NCBI GenBank assembly: GCA_903822055.1
Contig: CAIJNR010000106.1
Location: 2,297-66,296 of the forward strand
Source: an uncultured Francisellaceae bacterium
GTDB taxonomy: Bacteria; Pseudomonadota; Gammaproteobacteria; UBA6186; Azoamicaceae
Length of the DNA: 64,000 nt
Direction: 5' to 3'
This document shows, piece after piece, positions 46,222-57,045 of the stretch (its first letter is position 1; every line of letters begins with the position of its first letter). The position numbers were made by a program, and so were the translations under genes. The notes under the pieces were generated by a model. That model was not told the DNA's origin, ran no database searches, and saw only the letters and a program-made list of their open reading frames with translations.

Positions 46222-48007
46222 CGATCACTCCTGTTTGAGCAACTGGATTATTGTTTTTTAATCCAGCTGCAACACCTTCCATATGTTCTGTTATTTTATC
46301 GGTTGTGGCTTTTTGTAATGCTTGCACATTGGGTGCTTTATATTTTTTCATTAAATCTTCAAATAATTCGCTAAAGTTCATCTTGGACAAATCAAGTTTT
46401 GATAATTCCTCAATACTTAACGGCCGACAATCAGGACATTTAGCGTCCCCCCAGCCTATATCTAATTGTGGCCTTCCTTGCTGTTGTAAAATCTTAGCAA
46501 ATCTCGTTCCAAAGCAACAAAAGCTGGTTTTTTTGCTAACACATTTTCCTAACACTTTTTTGGAACAATAGGTATCCCCCACTTGATGACAAAGATTTTT
46601 GTCTCGCATTTGTGCCAACTGTTGTTCTTCTGGTTTGCAGTTGGCAAGATGGGCTTTTACTCCCCAACCTTTCATCCGTCCACAACAATCTTTAAAATTT
46701 ATACAATTGCGACTACATTTATAGGGATCCCCTTTAAAAACTTTTAAATCATAAGGATTTTTTTGGGCGTTCATATCTTTTTGTATTTCTTGTAACATGC
46801 TAAGTTTAGCCATAACTTCTAGCATGTCACCATTAGCTTGATAGGATTCATCGTGACAATCACCAGTTAAACAAAATGCACTACCAATTGGTGGTTTAAT
46901 TTTACGAACAGATATTTGACCATCAGGACAACTATATTTTTGCTCATAGATCCAACATTTATTTTGCTTGAACTCTTTACAACGAGATCCTACTTGAGTG
47001 CAACCTTTAGCACGAAGGGCACTACATTCGTCTTTAATCATTTTACAATGATAAATTTGTTTATATTGCCAATCATCCTTAAACACAGGATAACCATTAA
47101 TATTACGAGTCTCAGCACCGATCGTTACAGCACGCTCAGCATATTGGCATAAGCCTTGCTCTACTAAATCCTCAAATTGTTGACAATCAGTCCATTCATC
47201 AATAGATTCACCCTCATAAGTAGTATGATCTAAAGTGATATTCAAAGCGGTAGAACTTGTTCTCACGGTAAAATGATCACCGCCTTCTGAGATGCTTCCG
47301 CTATTAATTTTAAATCCTTGAATACGATTACAATCTATATTAAAAACTTCACCAGTGAGACTATCTTTACCAGAAAATCCTTTGCAAAATTGATCTTTAA
47401 ATGAATTAATGGCTTTTGGTAAAGTAATTAAATAGCCATTCAGTTTGTACTCTCTAGAATAAGATTTACCACCATGTCCAATAACAAAATTTTCATGATA
47501 TTGCGCCGCAAATGGCAAGTGATCAACCGTTAGCGTTACACCTTTAATTGGTACATTGACTGTGACTATCCGATTTTCTAAACATTCGTAAGTTATGTCT
47601 TCACCTCCTTCATCACAAGTTTTTTCGGTAGAACCTTCTGCGATGATCCCTTCTTGCTCATCAGCAACAGTTAAATCATCAACCACTTCTATTGATTTAA
47701 ATAATGGATCGGTTTCAGGATCGATTTTAAATCTTGGACGAGTGCCAGCTACTTCCTTTAAATTTTGTGCAACATCATTGTTGGCAAGTGCTGCTTGGGA
47801 TTTTTCTTCTAGCAAATTTGGTTGTTCATACAAAGAAGCCTCACTCGTATTGCTACCTGCAAATCCTGGCACTTCTGATAAATCAGCATTAATGATAGGA
47901 TCAGTTGTAACTTTTCCTTCCATAAAATTGTGAGCCTCGATTGCAACCTCTTCCATCTCATTCGCCCAAACATTGATACTGATTAAAAAAATTAACAACC
48001 ACCTCAC
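46199..48007 (-). CDS. traN: F-type mating-pair stabilisation protein TraN
   Basis: 602 aa, signal peptide, very Cys-rich C-terminal half (..CCGRMKGWG.., ..CCFGTRF..). Confidence 0.85.
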   Translation of the reverse strand: MRWLLIFLISINVWANEMEEVAIEAHNFMEGKVTTDPIINADLSEVPGFAGSNTSEASLYEQPNLLEEKSQAALANNDVAQNLKEVAGTRPRFKIDPETDPLFKSIEVVDDLTVADEQEGIIAEGSTEKTCDEGGEDITYECLENRIVTVNVPIKGVTLTVDHLPFAAQYHENFVIGHGGKSYSREYKLNGYLITLPKAINSFKDQFCKGFSGKDSLTGEVFNIDCNRIQGFKINSGSISEGGDHFTVRTSSTALNITLDHTTYEGESIDEWTDCQQFEDLVEQGLCQYAERAVTIGAETRNINGYPVFKDDWQYKQIYHCKMIKDECSALRAKGCTQVGSRCKEFKQNKCWIYEQKYSCPDGQISVRKIKPPIGSAFCLTGDCHDESYQANGDMLEVMAKLSMLQEIQKDMNAQKNPYDLKVFKGDPYKCSRNCINFKDCCGRMKGWGVKAHLANCKPEEQQLAQMRDKNLCHQVGDTYCSKKVLGKCVSKKTSFCCFGTRFAKILQQQGRPQLDIGWGDAKCPDCRPLSIEELSKLDLSKMNFSELFEDLMKKYKAPNVQALQKATTDKITEHMEGVAAGLKNNNPVAQTGVIGEKKDSL

Positions 48008-48594
48008 CTTGCCTCCAATAGCTTAGTTTTGGCATACCCAAAAGATATGTTGCCAGCGATCTGGTGATGAATATTACCAGCAATCGCCAAGATAGTTGGC
48101 ACCCTTTCGATTTGGTATTCTTTAAATAATTTAGGATTGATTTGGGCAACAACTTTAAGAGCTTGTAATTTTGCAGCGGTTTTTTTAAAGCTACCTTCGA
48201 CTAGTCCTCGCATAACTAAAGTGGCATTTTGATTAAGCGACTCTAAATATAATGATTTAATTGATTCTGGCGGCATGCTGAGCGAGATAAAAATTAAATA
48301 TTGGTTTTGATCTGATTTTATTTGCTCTGTTTTAAGATCTTGTTGGTAACTACATGTTTTGCATTTATTAAATTCTGGATCTAAATGATCTTCAGCATTT
48401 AATGACATCTTAGCAAGATCTTTAGTATATGAATTTTCAAGGGATTTAATGAATTCTTGCTCTTCAATTGGAAGTTGCATATTTTCAATAGTACGAACTA
48501 ATTGCAAAGCATCCTCTTCAACGCATGCCGTCGCTAGGTTGGTAATTAAAATCAATAAAAATCCTATAACAGGCAACAATTTCTTTTTCTCCAA
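48004..48594 (-). CDS. trbC: F-type TrbC
   Basis: 196 aa with a signal peptide. ..IFISLSMP...L......A.LVMRGL.. pattern, located between traU and traN. Confidence 0.7.
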   Translation of the reverse strand: MEKKKLLPVIGFLLILITNLATACVEEDALQLVRTIENMQLPIEEQEFIKSLENSYTKDLAKMSLNAEDHLDPEFNKCKTCSYQQDLKTEQIKSDQNQYLIFISLSMPPESIKSLYLESLNQNATLVMRGLVEGSFKKTAAKLQALKVVAQINPKLFKEYQIERVPTILAIAGNIHHQIAGNISFGYAKTKLLEAR

Positions 48595-49562
48595 ATCAAA
48601 TAGCCAAAATCTTCACCTTTATAAGGGTATTCTTTATTAGCACCCCAAATACTTTCGGATCTACCAAGTGGATGGCAATTTTTAGTGTCAGGGATCGGAT
48701 ATAACATCTGGGTTTTATATTGGCTTTTGCGAATAATTGGCATTGGATATTTATCACATAAACCAGCTTCCCCCATATAACCCCACAACAAACACTCTCG
48801 ATGTAATTTGGCGATCATTTTTTGTGTTACTAGCAAACTTGCTTGTACCCCACCAACATGGGCACTGATGCTACCAGTAAATGGATACAAACTACCTTGA
48901 CAACCACCACACCAAAATAATGGATCTAACGGAAAACCAGAGGTAGCTGCCACACAATCCGCAGCACATGCAGCTTGTGCAATTGGATTGGCAAATAGCA
49001 CAACTTCTGGGTTAATAATAAAACTAGTTTCATCATCATCCCAAAATGGATCAAGTTCACTAATATAAGCTAGATCAAATGCGGTTTTTTCTAAACACAT
49101 CAAATCCGTAAGCACTTCTAACCAATAAATCACTGGATAAATATACCAGTGCACTTGATAAAAACTGTGTTTTAATGAACGCTGACTACCACCACCACCC
49201 GTTGCAACTGAACCCCTACCATTTAAACTACTTCTATTAATCAGTTGCATACCACCTAGATTTACCATGCAATAAGGAGTACGAGTGACATCAACTAAAC
49301 GTACTGGCTCCCAAAATGAGATCGGCACACCAGGAACAGGTACTGGGCTTGGTGGTCTTAGACAGGAACAAATTAATCGACGAGGATTTGGAGGATCTTC
49401 TCCTTTAGATGAAATATTCATGCCGCCCAACGTTATTGGAAATACGCAACTCCAACAAATGTCACTAATAGGGTTGGGAAATTTACCATGGCACTTAGCT
49501 TGCACTTCAAATGTTAAACTGAGCATAATGATCCAAATTGTTATAAAAAAATTATTTTTCAT
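48564..49562 (-). CDS. traU: F-type TraU
   Basis: 332 aa with a signal peptide. Conserved ..CWSCVFPI.. and ..SELDPFWDDDE.. regions. Confidence 0.9.
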   Translation of the reverse strand: MKNNFFITIWIIMLSLTFEVQAKCHGKFPNPISDICWSCVFPITLGGMNISSKGEDPPNPRRLICSCLRPPSPVPVPGVPISFWEPVRLVDVTRTPYCMVNLGGMQLINRSSLNGRGSVATGGGGSQRSLKHSFYQVHWYIYPVIYWLEVLTDLMCLEKTAFDLAYISELDPFWDDDETSFIINPEVVLFANPIAQAACAADCVAATSGFPLDPLFWCGGCQGSLYPFTGSISAHVGGVQASLLVTQKMIAKLHRECLLWGYMGEAGLCDKYPMPIIRKSQYKTQMLYPIPDTKNCHPLGRSESIWGANKEYPYKGEDFGYLIWRKRNCCLL

Positions 49563-50166
49563 GGGTTAACAAAATTTCCTCAATTTGTAACATTTGTTCT
49601 TTTTGGCTAACTCTTGCCGGAATTTGCTTGATGCCAAATTTTTTAACCAATATGCCGTTTTGATCAAAATAAAATGTTCTTTCATGTTGTTCGCTTAATT
49701 TAAAAGGTGCACCACTGGTTAAAATAATTTTAGTGTTGCTGGAATTTTGTTTGATCGCCCAATCAACTTGCAACTCGTCATCACCATCAATCAAAACCAT
49801 TGGTTTTGTAAGACTATGGATTGTTAATGGATTTATGATAGTGCCTTTTTTAGCGAACACTTGACCATTATGATCAGTTAAATCACGAGGAACGCGTATT
49901 GATGGATTATATAGAAAGACTCTAGGCACTGTGGTTTTAACTACATTTGCTACCGGATTTGGTCTTTTGATTTTCTTTATGATCTTTTGTTGGATATTAA
50001 GTTGATGCCGCTTAATTTCGCCGCTATCTTCTAGTGTTTTAAGTTTGGTTTGAATAGCTTCTAATAAATCTTGTTCAATAATACCAAATGTTTCACCAAA
50101 TGTACCAAGGTGATTAGCCGCAACGCTTGATGATCCAAATATTAAAATTAAGATTAATTTTTTCAT
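49552..50166 (-). CDS. traW: F-type TraW
   Basis: Signal peptide MKKLILILIFGSSSVAA from ATG 50166, 1 nt after the upstream stop. The ORF track extends to 50322, but that overlaps the peptidase gene. Confidence 0.8.
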   Translation of the reverse strand: MKKLILILIFGSSSVAANHLGTFGETFGIIEQDLLEAIQTKLKTLEDSGEIKRHQLNIQQKIIKKIKRPNPVANVVKTTVPRVFLYNPSIRVPRDLTDHNGQVFAKKGTIINPLTIHSLTKPMVLIDGDDELQVDWAIKQNSSNTKIILTSGAPFKLSEQHERTFYFDQNGILVKKFGIKQIPARVSQKEQMLQIEEILLTHEK

Positions 50167-50167
50167 G

Positions 50168-50644
50168 TTAAACCAGTGGGACAACCAGTCCCTGTAATTT
50201 GGATAATGGCACAAGCCCCAACTCTTGATATCTTGAATCAAAACTTTTGATATGCCCAGAATATAAAAACACGTACTCTTTCGGGATAGTTTGAGCAGGA
50301 GTTGCATGTAAATGCCTGCCATCAGAGGTTACCCTGCGAGGTACACCAATTTTAAAATCATTAACAAACATTTGGTTATTTTGATCGTACCAAATGCGAT
50401 CACCCTCTACCCCAATAATTTTTTTAATAACTTTACCGTGATACCAATCGCTCCAGACAACAGTGTAATTATTGATCGCAGGCTTTATTGGCAAAATCTG
50501 CAAAAAATAATGTTGCGATATAGAATCTGTTTCGCTGATTAAAAAACGAACTTGCTGACTGATGGCAAACACCAAACCAACAGATCCAAAAAACCATATA
50601 AATGCTTTAAACAATTCTTTTTTACCAATATATTTTGTCAACAT
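50168..50644 (-). CDS. S26 signal-peptidase-like conjugal protein (TraF/TrhF-type)
   Basis: 158 aa. N-terminal TM segment, ..VIKKIIGVEGDRI.. and ..SFDSRYQELGLVP.. boxes of the S26 family. Confidence 0.7.
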   Translation of the reverse strand: MLTKYIGKKELFKAFIWFFGSVGLVFAISQQVRFLISETDSISQHYFLQILPIKPAINNYTVVWSDWYHGKVIKKIIGVEGDRIWYDQNNQMFVNDFKIGVPRRVTSDGRHLHATPAQTIPKEYVFLYSGHIKSFDSRYQELGLVPLSKLQGLVVPLV

Positions 50645-50658
50645 AAGATTGTTTTATC

Positions 50659-50994
50659 CTATTCTGATTTAAGTGCGTCTATAATATTAGATGTATAATC
50701 AACTGCCCCACCCCAAACCGCACCTTTTGCCAGCAAAATCAAGTTATGATCTTTTGCATAACGTGCCACAGAGTCTTTAATTTGCATAGCTAAAAGTTGT
50801 AATTTTTCTGGTGGTAATTTGCCATTAGGATACAGTGCTCCAATTTTTTGCGCTTGATTAGTAACTAAAAGTTGGCTATCAATAAATCCAATTTTAGGTT
50901 TTGGGTAAGTTTGTAATGTAATAACAGCTACACTTAAAACACACAACCATAATATGGTTCCTAATATTAAAACTTTATGTATGGCTTTTTGCAC
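50659..50994 (-). CDS. trbI: F-type TrbI-like protein
   Basis: 111 aa. N-terminal TM segment and a C-terminal ..HNLILLAKGAVWGGAVDYTSNII.. pattern like TrbI. Located directly after traC. Confidence 0.6.
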   Translation of the reverse strand: MQKAIHKVLILGTILWLCVLSVAVITLQTYPKPKIGFIDSQLLVTNQAQKIGALYPNGKLPPEKLQLLAMQIKDSVARYAKDHNLILLAKGAVWGGAVDYTSNIIDALKSE

Positions 50995-53467
50995 GTTCCC
51001 TCGCTTGTAACAATGTTTCTAAAACTTCGGTTAAACCTAAGCCTCGATCTCGCAATTCCTTAATGGCTGAGTAATCAGCGGCTTTTGATGAGTATAACAA
51101 CCCTGAATATGGGTCTAAAAGTAATCTGCCAATTGCAAATCCATGTGAACCATAAATCATAATTTCTGAATATTCACCGTGTTTGGTTTTAACTGATTTA
51201 AGTTGTGTCTCCATCATTGGAGTTAATGAGATCCGACTGGTTTTTTTTAATTGCTCAATAGATTCTGATTTTTGCGATAACAAACACATCCAATCACTAT
51301 TATCAAAAGCCGCTTGCGCCGCTGGTGTGGCAAACAAGTCATTAACCGATTGGGTACCAACCACTAGCGAACCATAATATCTACGTAACCGTCTAGCTAG
51401 GGTTTCGATAAACACGCCACTTTGAGCACCACGCAGTAAATCCCAAGCTTCATCAAAAACTATAGTAAATGGTGTTTTGCGATCACCTAAAAATACCTGG
51501 TTGGTAACATTAATAATAAACATCTGCACAATAACTCCTTGCAGATCTTTGCGCTGTTTTAGTTCTTCAAGTTCAACCACAACTAATGGATTATCTAAAT
51601 TAATATTAGATTTACCGTTAAAAAATCGTCCATAGCTGCCATCAATGGTAAATGGATATAACATGATACTTAAATCTTTAGCTTTTTGATCTGGGTAACT
51701 CGCAAGACATTCAGCCACGCGCGTAATATTTGCTTCTTGTCGATATTTATCCCACGCTTCTCTCGTTGCTTGCTCTAAAAGAGATCCCTCTAAATCGTCT
51801 ACCCCTCTAGTAGGTGCTGCCATTAAAATAAGTACCGACTTTAACATAGCGAGTGCATCTTGGGTTACTTCAAGATCATCCATCGGTATAGTGCTAAATG
51901 GATTTAAACAAAGTGGCGTTGCTGGTTTAAATTCAATAAACTGTCCCTTTAAAAATAGACAAGTGTTTTCGAAACTACGCCCAACATCCATAACAAACAC
52001 TCGACCACCAAAACCAAGAGTTGTAGTCATTAATTCCTGCATAAACATAGATTTGCCAGCACCGGAACGCCCTACCACGCATACATTATAATTACCAGCT
52101 TGGTTATCAAATGGATACCAATTCATAAGTTGGCCACGCCTACCAGCTAACAACATGCCTGGCGTTATAGTACCTTTCCATTCGCCTTGCATTGGTAACA
52201 AATTAGCCGATTCGGTGGAAAGCGTAGTTTTTAGTTTTTTATGGTGCAATAAAGAATTAACTCGATCTTGCGACCACATCATTGGCATACAGCTTAAAAA
52301 TATTGGTAAATGAAAAAAGTTATTAGGACTAAGCTTCCATTCTTTACTAAAATATAAATTTAATAAAATTTGTTCACAGATGGCTAAATTTTTTTCTGTA
52401 GCAAACAAAATTACACTAAATTGAGTTTGCACAATCCGTTCGCCCTTGCCAATTTGCTCCCGAACAAAACTTAATTCCTCGGCTTCTCTTTGGATTGAAG
52501 GTAGATATTTACCAATTGGTGAATTTGCCTGCCGCTCAACGTAAGTAGCTTTAGTTAAAGCTTTAGCTCGAGGCGCACCCTGTTTTGGAATGTGAACCCC
52601 ATAATGAATGATAAATGGGCAAGGAATTTGAGCAAAATCTCGATCTTCATCACCAATTAATTGTCCCATCGCATGTAACGACCAAACCGTTGGCATTTGC
52701 GTTGCCTGATAGGTGCGAATGTTAATTTTACCTTGATTTAAAACTAGCAAATCTTTACCAACAGCAATATGAGTGCCGATTTCGCTAATTTGCTCACTGA
52801 TCTTTTGCAAATTATTCCAACGTTTTAAATATTGTTCGGTTTGATCAGGATCCATATTGATAATACGGCTTAAGGTGTTAATTAATTCATAAGCGCTCCA
52901 TACCGCAACAGGTAGCCCTAACATCTCTAATGTAGTTTTGAGTTGATTTTTTAATTGGTTGATATTTTCTAAAATAACTGGGTTATTGGCAGTTTGTTGA
53001 GAAAAACTAATCAAGCACCTAAAATTACGTAAACTATATGGTGAATTAGGAGATTTAAAGGCGAAATTCTTTAAATGCTTAATTCGCATTTTAGCAATAG
53101 AATGCATAATAGAATTGGAGCGCAACTCTTCCCAACGATCTAAGCAACCATCTATATTAGGATCAGCATATAACATGATTTGCAAACTACTGCCTTCCGG
53201 CAATAGGTGTTGGAATAATCCACTTATTTCTTTTTGCATTTCTTCAGATGAACCAACCAAGGGTGGAGTTTCTAAAACAAAGCCAATACTTTCCAGATTA
53301 AAAAATAATTGATATTTTGGATCGTAATGTTCATAAGGAAAAAAATCAGCAATCAGATCAAATTGATTTAAATGATCATATAATTCATCGAACCTGGACT
53401 GGGGTTTAGAGCCAAAATCCTTTTCTCCAAAAAATTTAAACAGTTTTTCACCACATTTTGCTAACAT
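50975..53467 (-). CDS. traC: F-type VirB4-family ATPase TraC
   Basis: 830 aa. Walker A ..VVGRSGAGKSM.. and Walker B ..FTIVFDEAWDLL... Confidence 0.95.
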   Translation of the reverse strand: MLAKCGEKLFKFFGEKDFGSKPQSRFDELYDHLNQFDLIADFFPYEHYDPKYQLFFNLESIGFVLETPPLVGSSEEMQKEISGLFQHLLPEGSSLQIMLYADPNIDGCLDRWEELRSNSIMHSIAKMRIKHLKNFAFKSPNSPYSLRNFRCLISFSQQTANNPVILENINQLKNQLKTTLEMLGLPVAVWSAYELINTLSRIINMDPDQTEQYLKRWNNLQKISEQISEIGTHIAVGKDLLVLNQGKINIRTYQATQMPTVWSLHAMGQLIGDEDRDFAQIPCPFIIHYGVHIPKQGAPRAKALTKATYVERQANSPIGKYLPSIQREAEELSFVREQIGKGERIVQTQFSVILFATEKNLAICEQILLNLYFSKEWKLSPNNFFHLPIFLSCMPMMWSQDRVNSLLHHKKLKTTLSTESANLLPMQGEWKGTITPGMLLAGRRGQLMNWYPFDNQAGNYNVCVVGRSGAGKSMFMQELMTTTLGFGGRVFVMDVGRSFENTCLFLKGQFIEFKPATPLCLNPFSTIPMDDLEVTQDALAMLKSVLILMAAPTRGVDDLEGSLLEQATREAWDKYRQEANITRVAECLASYPDQKAKDLSIMLYPFTIDGSYGRFFNGKSNINLDNPLVVVELEELKQRKDLQGVIVQMFIINVTNQVFLGDRKTPFTIVFDEAWDLLRGAQSGVFIETLARRLRRYYGSLVVGTQSVNDLFATPAAQAAFDNSDWMCLLSQKSESIEQLKKTSRISLTPMMETQLKSVKTKHGEYSEIMIYGSHGFAIGRLLLDPYSGLLYSSKAADYSAIKELRDRGLGLTEVLETLLQARERAKSHT

Positions 53468-53476
53468 ATCTCTTCC

Positions 53477-53833
53477 TTATGAAACTTGCCAAAATCCCGA
53501 TCTTAAAACCGTATGCACAACTGATCCTTCATGAAAATGCCCTTGCTCATCTTGGCGTGGCGCCAGCCAAATTCTTAAATATTCTTCAGTAACTCGTTTA
53601 ACAATCACATTATCTAAACTAATAACATCTTCTTTGATCGAGATCGCAGAGTTTTGTTTGGTAGTAGAAGCTTTAACAGATCCATTTAGCTTGCCGTCAT
53701 TCAGCATAGTATTAACTTCAGTAATCGAACGACAACCAACACCACCTGCATATTTACAATCAAAAGTTTCACGAGTCGTTGAACACCCAGTTAAAATTAA
53801 GCATAACCATATTGTTATATTTTGTTTAATCAT
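53477..53833 (-). CDS. traV: F-type lipoprotein TraV
   Basis: 118 aa. Lipobox ..LILTGCS.. and two conserved Cys residues (..FDCKYAGGVGCRS..). Confidence 0.75.
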   Translation of the reverse strand: MIKQNITIWLCLILTGCSTTRETFDCKYAGGVGCRSITEVNTMLNDGKLNGSVKASTTKQNSAISIKEDVISLDNVIVKRVTEEYLRIWLAPRQDEQGHFHEGSVVHTVLRSGFWQVS

Positions 53834-53860
53834 CTGTTAGTTCCTTCATTTTTGAATAAA

Positions 53861-55081
53861 TTAATCTAAGCCTTTAGTGTCCACAATATTTTGCACTTGT
53901 TGAGATCTCTTTTGATCCCGAATTTTACTTAAAGCTTGGCGTGCACTGCTATCCGCAAAATCCATCCCTTGAGTAAAGACTAAATCCACACGGCGACCTG
54001 CGGCCACTTGAATTACTGGCTGCATTTGCTCAGCTCTTTTAATATAAAAATCCGCATATTTATCCAACGCGCCGCCCATACCATTAGCCGCACTTTGCTT
54101 AAAGATTTCATTAGTATCTAAAGCATTATTTTGGGCAAGCCCCGTCATTGGTGAAAACGTAATCGGAGTTTTAGCTTGTCCTAAAAATTTACCAATGTTA
54201 CTAAAGAACCCACCAACCATAGCATTTCGCATACTCTCGCCTGCTCTATCTACGACTGCTCCCCTAACGCCAGCTCTACCATCTTCACCTGCCACGTAAC
54301 CTTGAATACTGATCTCAATTACTTCTCCGGTTTTGCGCTCTACACAGCCTAATTTTTCCAGCCGCATAAAAACTCGTTCACTTGATAGATCGCCGTAAGA
54401 CGCAGCCAAGACATGACACCCTTCTAAATCAGACTTAAAGCGGCGCGGCAAGGTACCAGGATCTGTTAAACGCAGTAAAATTGGTCGTGGATCACTAGAT
54501 GCCTGAATTGAAGTACTAGCATCCACGCCGCCCAATAAAATCGCTTCAGCAAAAGCACCAGCTGGGATTGTGTTATCGGTCGTTTTTAATGGCTTAGCAT
54601 TTAATCCTCTTGATAAACTGATCTTGGTTAACTCTTTAGATCTAAAGCTTGCAGGGATCACAGCAAAACTTGACATTGCTGCATCATTTGCTGGTAATGG
54701 TAAATCGCTAATGTTTTCAGCTTTCGTAGTGTTATAGATCTTAGCCAAATCTTGTTTTAAATTATCAACTGCTGGCATACTACTTGAAAATGATTCTTCT
54801 TTTTTCGTATTTAATTTCAGTAATTGTTCTAAAGTTTGCTCCATAGCCTCTAAGCGTTTTTGGGTAATTTCAGCTTTAGCAGTAAAATCATGCACCCAAA
54901 CTTCTTGAGGATTGATCCTGCTAGCACCTGTGTTTAATTGTTTTGGAGAATGCGTTATTTTAGTATTAAAAACTTTTTTAGAACCTAAAATAAAACTAGT
55001 AACGAAACATAAAGTTACGCTAAGCACAATAATTATGCTCCACAACAATAAATGCTGTTGCTTTTTAATTTTTTCCAACAT
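53861..55081 (-). CDS. traB: F-type TraB (VirB10-like)
   Basis: 406 aa. N-terminal TM segment, coiled-coil region and a C-terminal VirB10-like beta domain. Located between traK and traV. Confidence 0.85.
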   Translation of the reverse strand: MLEKIKKQQHLLLWSIIIVLSVTLCFVTSFILGSKKVFNTKITHSPKQLNTGASRINPQEVWVHDFTAKAEITQKRLEAMEQTLEQLLKLNTKKEESFSSSMPAVDNLKQDLAKIYNTTKAENISDLPLPANDAAMSSFAVIPASFRSKELTKISLSRGLNAKPLKTTDNTIPAGAFAEAILLGGVDASTSIQASSDPRPILLRLTDPGTLPRRFKSDLEGCHVLAASYGDLSSERVFMRLEKLGCVERKTGEVIEISIQGYVAGEDGRAGVRGAVVDRAGESMRNAMVGGFFSNIGKFLGQAKTPITFSPMTGLAQNNALDTNEIFKQSAANGMGGALDKYADFYIKRAEQMQPVIQVAAGRRVDLVFTQGMDFADSSARQALSKIRDQKRSQQVQNIVDTKGLD

Positions 55082-55082
55082 G

Positions 55083-55862
55083 TTAATTTGATCCCAAAAT
55101 ATACAAATAAGTTTTTTCGTTTGGTGATAACAAACGCTTTTGCAGACTTAAGGCTAAATCGCCATTTTTAAAAAAGGTTTTTTCTTGCAATTCTTGAAAA
55201 TTTTTAGAATTATTTTTAATCAACCATACTCCAACAAGATATGATCCTGCTTGATAACTTTTTACGTAATGCAGATTAAACCCAGCAATTTTTCTACTTG
55301 GGGTGATCCTGGTTTCCACAACAGCTAATTCTCCTAATACCGCTTGCTTCATAATTTGGATCTGTTGTTCTTGTTGGGTGGCATTACGTGAACTAAAACC
55401 TGGGATCAAAGCGTCCGCCCCTTTATAATTCTCTGTAGCATGTGTTTGTGGTTTAAGGATCAAGGTGCTGGCCTTTAGTAGACTAGGAGTTAGAGTTAAA
55501 TCTTGAGTTATGCCATTTTCGGTAATTAAAGTAATGCTTAATGGCTTGTCACCATTGTCAGCAGTTGGTTTAATAAAGATCTGCCCGGTATGTTCATCGG
55601 TTTGTACAACAAAAGTTCCTTCATCCCCAAAGACATTTACAATCCGATCATTAACTACCGTGATCCGATTCATATATTCTGAGGCAATCTTAGCAGAGAG
55701 TCTCTTATGTTCAATGATATTTAAAATGTTACTTGTAGCATATTGAAGTGCCGCCTTTTGTGGTAACACAGGCTCTAATTCACTAAACACCGAAGTGGAT
55801 GCTATTAATACAATGATCGGGAAAATATAGAATAAAGTTTTTTTAAGACACTTCATCATCAC
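55083..55862 (-). CDS. traK: F-type TraK (VirB9/secretin-like)
   Basis: 259 aa with a signal peptide; located between traE and traB. Confidence 0.8.
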   Translation of the reverse strand: MMMKCLKKTLFYIFPIIVLIASTSVFSELEPVLPQKAALQYATSNILNIIEHKRLSAKIASEYMNRITVVNDRIVNVFGDEGTFVVQTDEHTGQIFIKPTADNGDKPLSITLITENGITQDLTLTPSLLKASTLILKPQTHATENYKGADALIPGFSSRNATQQEQQIQIMKQAVLGELAVVETRITPSRKIAGFNLHYVKSYQAGSYLVGVWLIKNNSKNFQELQEKTFFKNGDLALSLQKRLLSPNEKTYLYILGSN

Positions 55863-56418
55863 TCCTTTGTTCAGATTTAATCATTTGAAACGACTCTAAA
55901 AACAACCGACCTTTTTTGTGAGAAAAACTAACTCGGTATGTTTCTTGAAACTGCGATACTTTTTTAGCTCCAACATAACTTGCTAAAAAACCACTAACAT
56001 CAATCGATAATGGCTCCACCATTTCGATTGTACTTGGCGTAAATTGCAGGCTTAATTGTTGTTTTTTTAAACGCTTTAGATCTTGTAATAATTTCGCTTT
56101 AAAATCACCATACGATCCTGGCAAAACATAGCGCAACAAGATTTCACCTTGCGGCAATATATTGGCTTCAGTTACATCTAACATTAAATGACTAAAAAAT
56201 AGTGCCATTTCTTCCAAGTAACTATTAGAAAATCTGTCGCCTTCAATCCAATAACTTTGTTTTAATTCCGGTGGGCTTAAAATTATTCTTTCTTTTTTAA
56301 AAAACAACAATAATGTTTGCAACAAAATAATGATTAAAAATATAACAGCGAGGCCAGCAATAATATTTCTTTGCACATTAAGATAAGTTAATCTTTTTTG
56401 ATAAAGAGTAAATTTCAT
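55843..56418 (-). CDS. traE: F-type TraE
   Basis: 191 aa. N-terminal TM segment after ..LNVQRNIIAGLAVIFLII.., which is typical of TraE. Confidence 0.85.
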   Translation of the reverse strand: MKFTLYQKRLTYLNVQRNIIAGLAVIFLIIILLQTLLLFFKKERIILSPPELKQSYWIEGDRFSNSYLEEMALFFSHLMLDVTEANILPQGEILLRYVLPGSYGDFKAKLLQDLKRLKKQQLSLQFTPSTIEMVEPLSIDVSGFLASYVGAKKVSQFQETYRVSFSHKKGRLFLESFQMIKSEQRSDDEVS

Positions 56419-56421
56419 AAA

Positions 56422-56709
56422 CTATCCTATATACTCACGAGCGCAAGAAGGCATTAATGACTTAAACCTACGATCTTGTGGTAGAAACCAATACTTAACT
56501 GCTTGAAATTGGCCTTTGCCGAAATGCTGTTGATATTTTTTACTTAACCAAAAACTAAAAACACTTATAGTTAAACCTAAAACCACCTGATTAATAATTA
56601 ACCCAACAAAGCATGGCACGATCAGCATTAACAGCTCACCTGTTGTCCAAAACAATATTTTAAGTGGAGTATCGACATGATTTAACACAATATGTCTTTT
56701 CATTTGCAT
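56422..56709 (-). CDS. traL: F-type TraL
   Basis: 95 aa. Small two-TM protein between the pilin gene and traE. Confidence 0.8.
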   Translation of the reverse strand: MQMKRHIVLNHVDTPLKILFWTTGELLMLIVPCFVGLIINQVVLGLTISVFSFWLSKKYQQHFGKGQFQAVKYWFLPQDRRFKSLMPSCAREYIG

Positions 56710-56718
56710 GATTAATTC

Positions 56719-57045
56719 CTAAATCAAAGCGCCTGCGGCACCAGTTCCCAGGTATGCATCATATAAATGAATGCCCGCCGTAAGGCCAGCTCCTATTCCA
56801 AATGGAGTTAAACTTCCTCTAAAAGCTGAAAGTATGATTCCGGATGTTGCCGCACAAATTTTAACTACCATCATCCAACCACCAAATATTTCTGATTTCA
56901 ACGCGGCAACTGGTGCTTGCAGTTCAGCAACCGTTATAGCCCAGGTTGAATCTGTAAAAAATACCGATAAGATTAAGGTTGAAAACATCGCGAGCAACAT
57001 AGTTCTGCGATGATTTGATTGTGCGTTAATTATTAGATGGTTCAT
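56719..57045 (-). CDS. traA: F-type propilin TraA
   Basis: 108 aa. A long leader ending ..DSTWA, followed by a hydrophobic mature part with two TM-like segments. It is the first gene of the operon. Confidence 0.7.
   Translation of the reverse strand: MNHLIINAQSNHRRTMLLAMFSTLILSVFFTDSTWAITVAELQAPVAALKSEIFGGWMMVVKICAATSGIILSAFRGSLTPFGIGAGLTAGIHLYDAYLGTGAAGALI

Noticed and set aside
47595-47933. 112-aa plus-strand ORF inside traN, and similar 60-114-aa antisense ORFs inside traD, traC, traI, traU and traK.
   Set aside because: All are antisense to strongly supported tra genes, lack start-site signals and have skewed Ser/Cys/Phe composition. They are treated as shadow ORFs.
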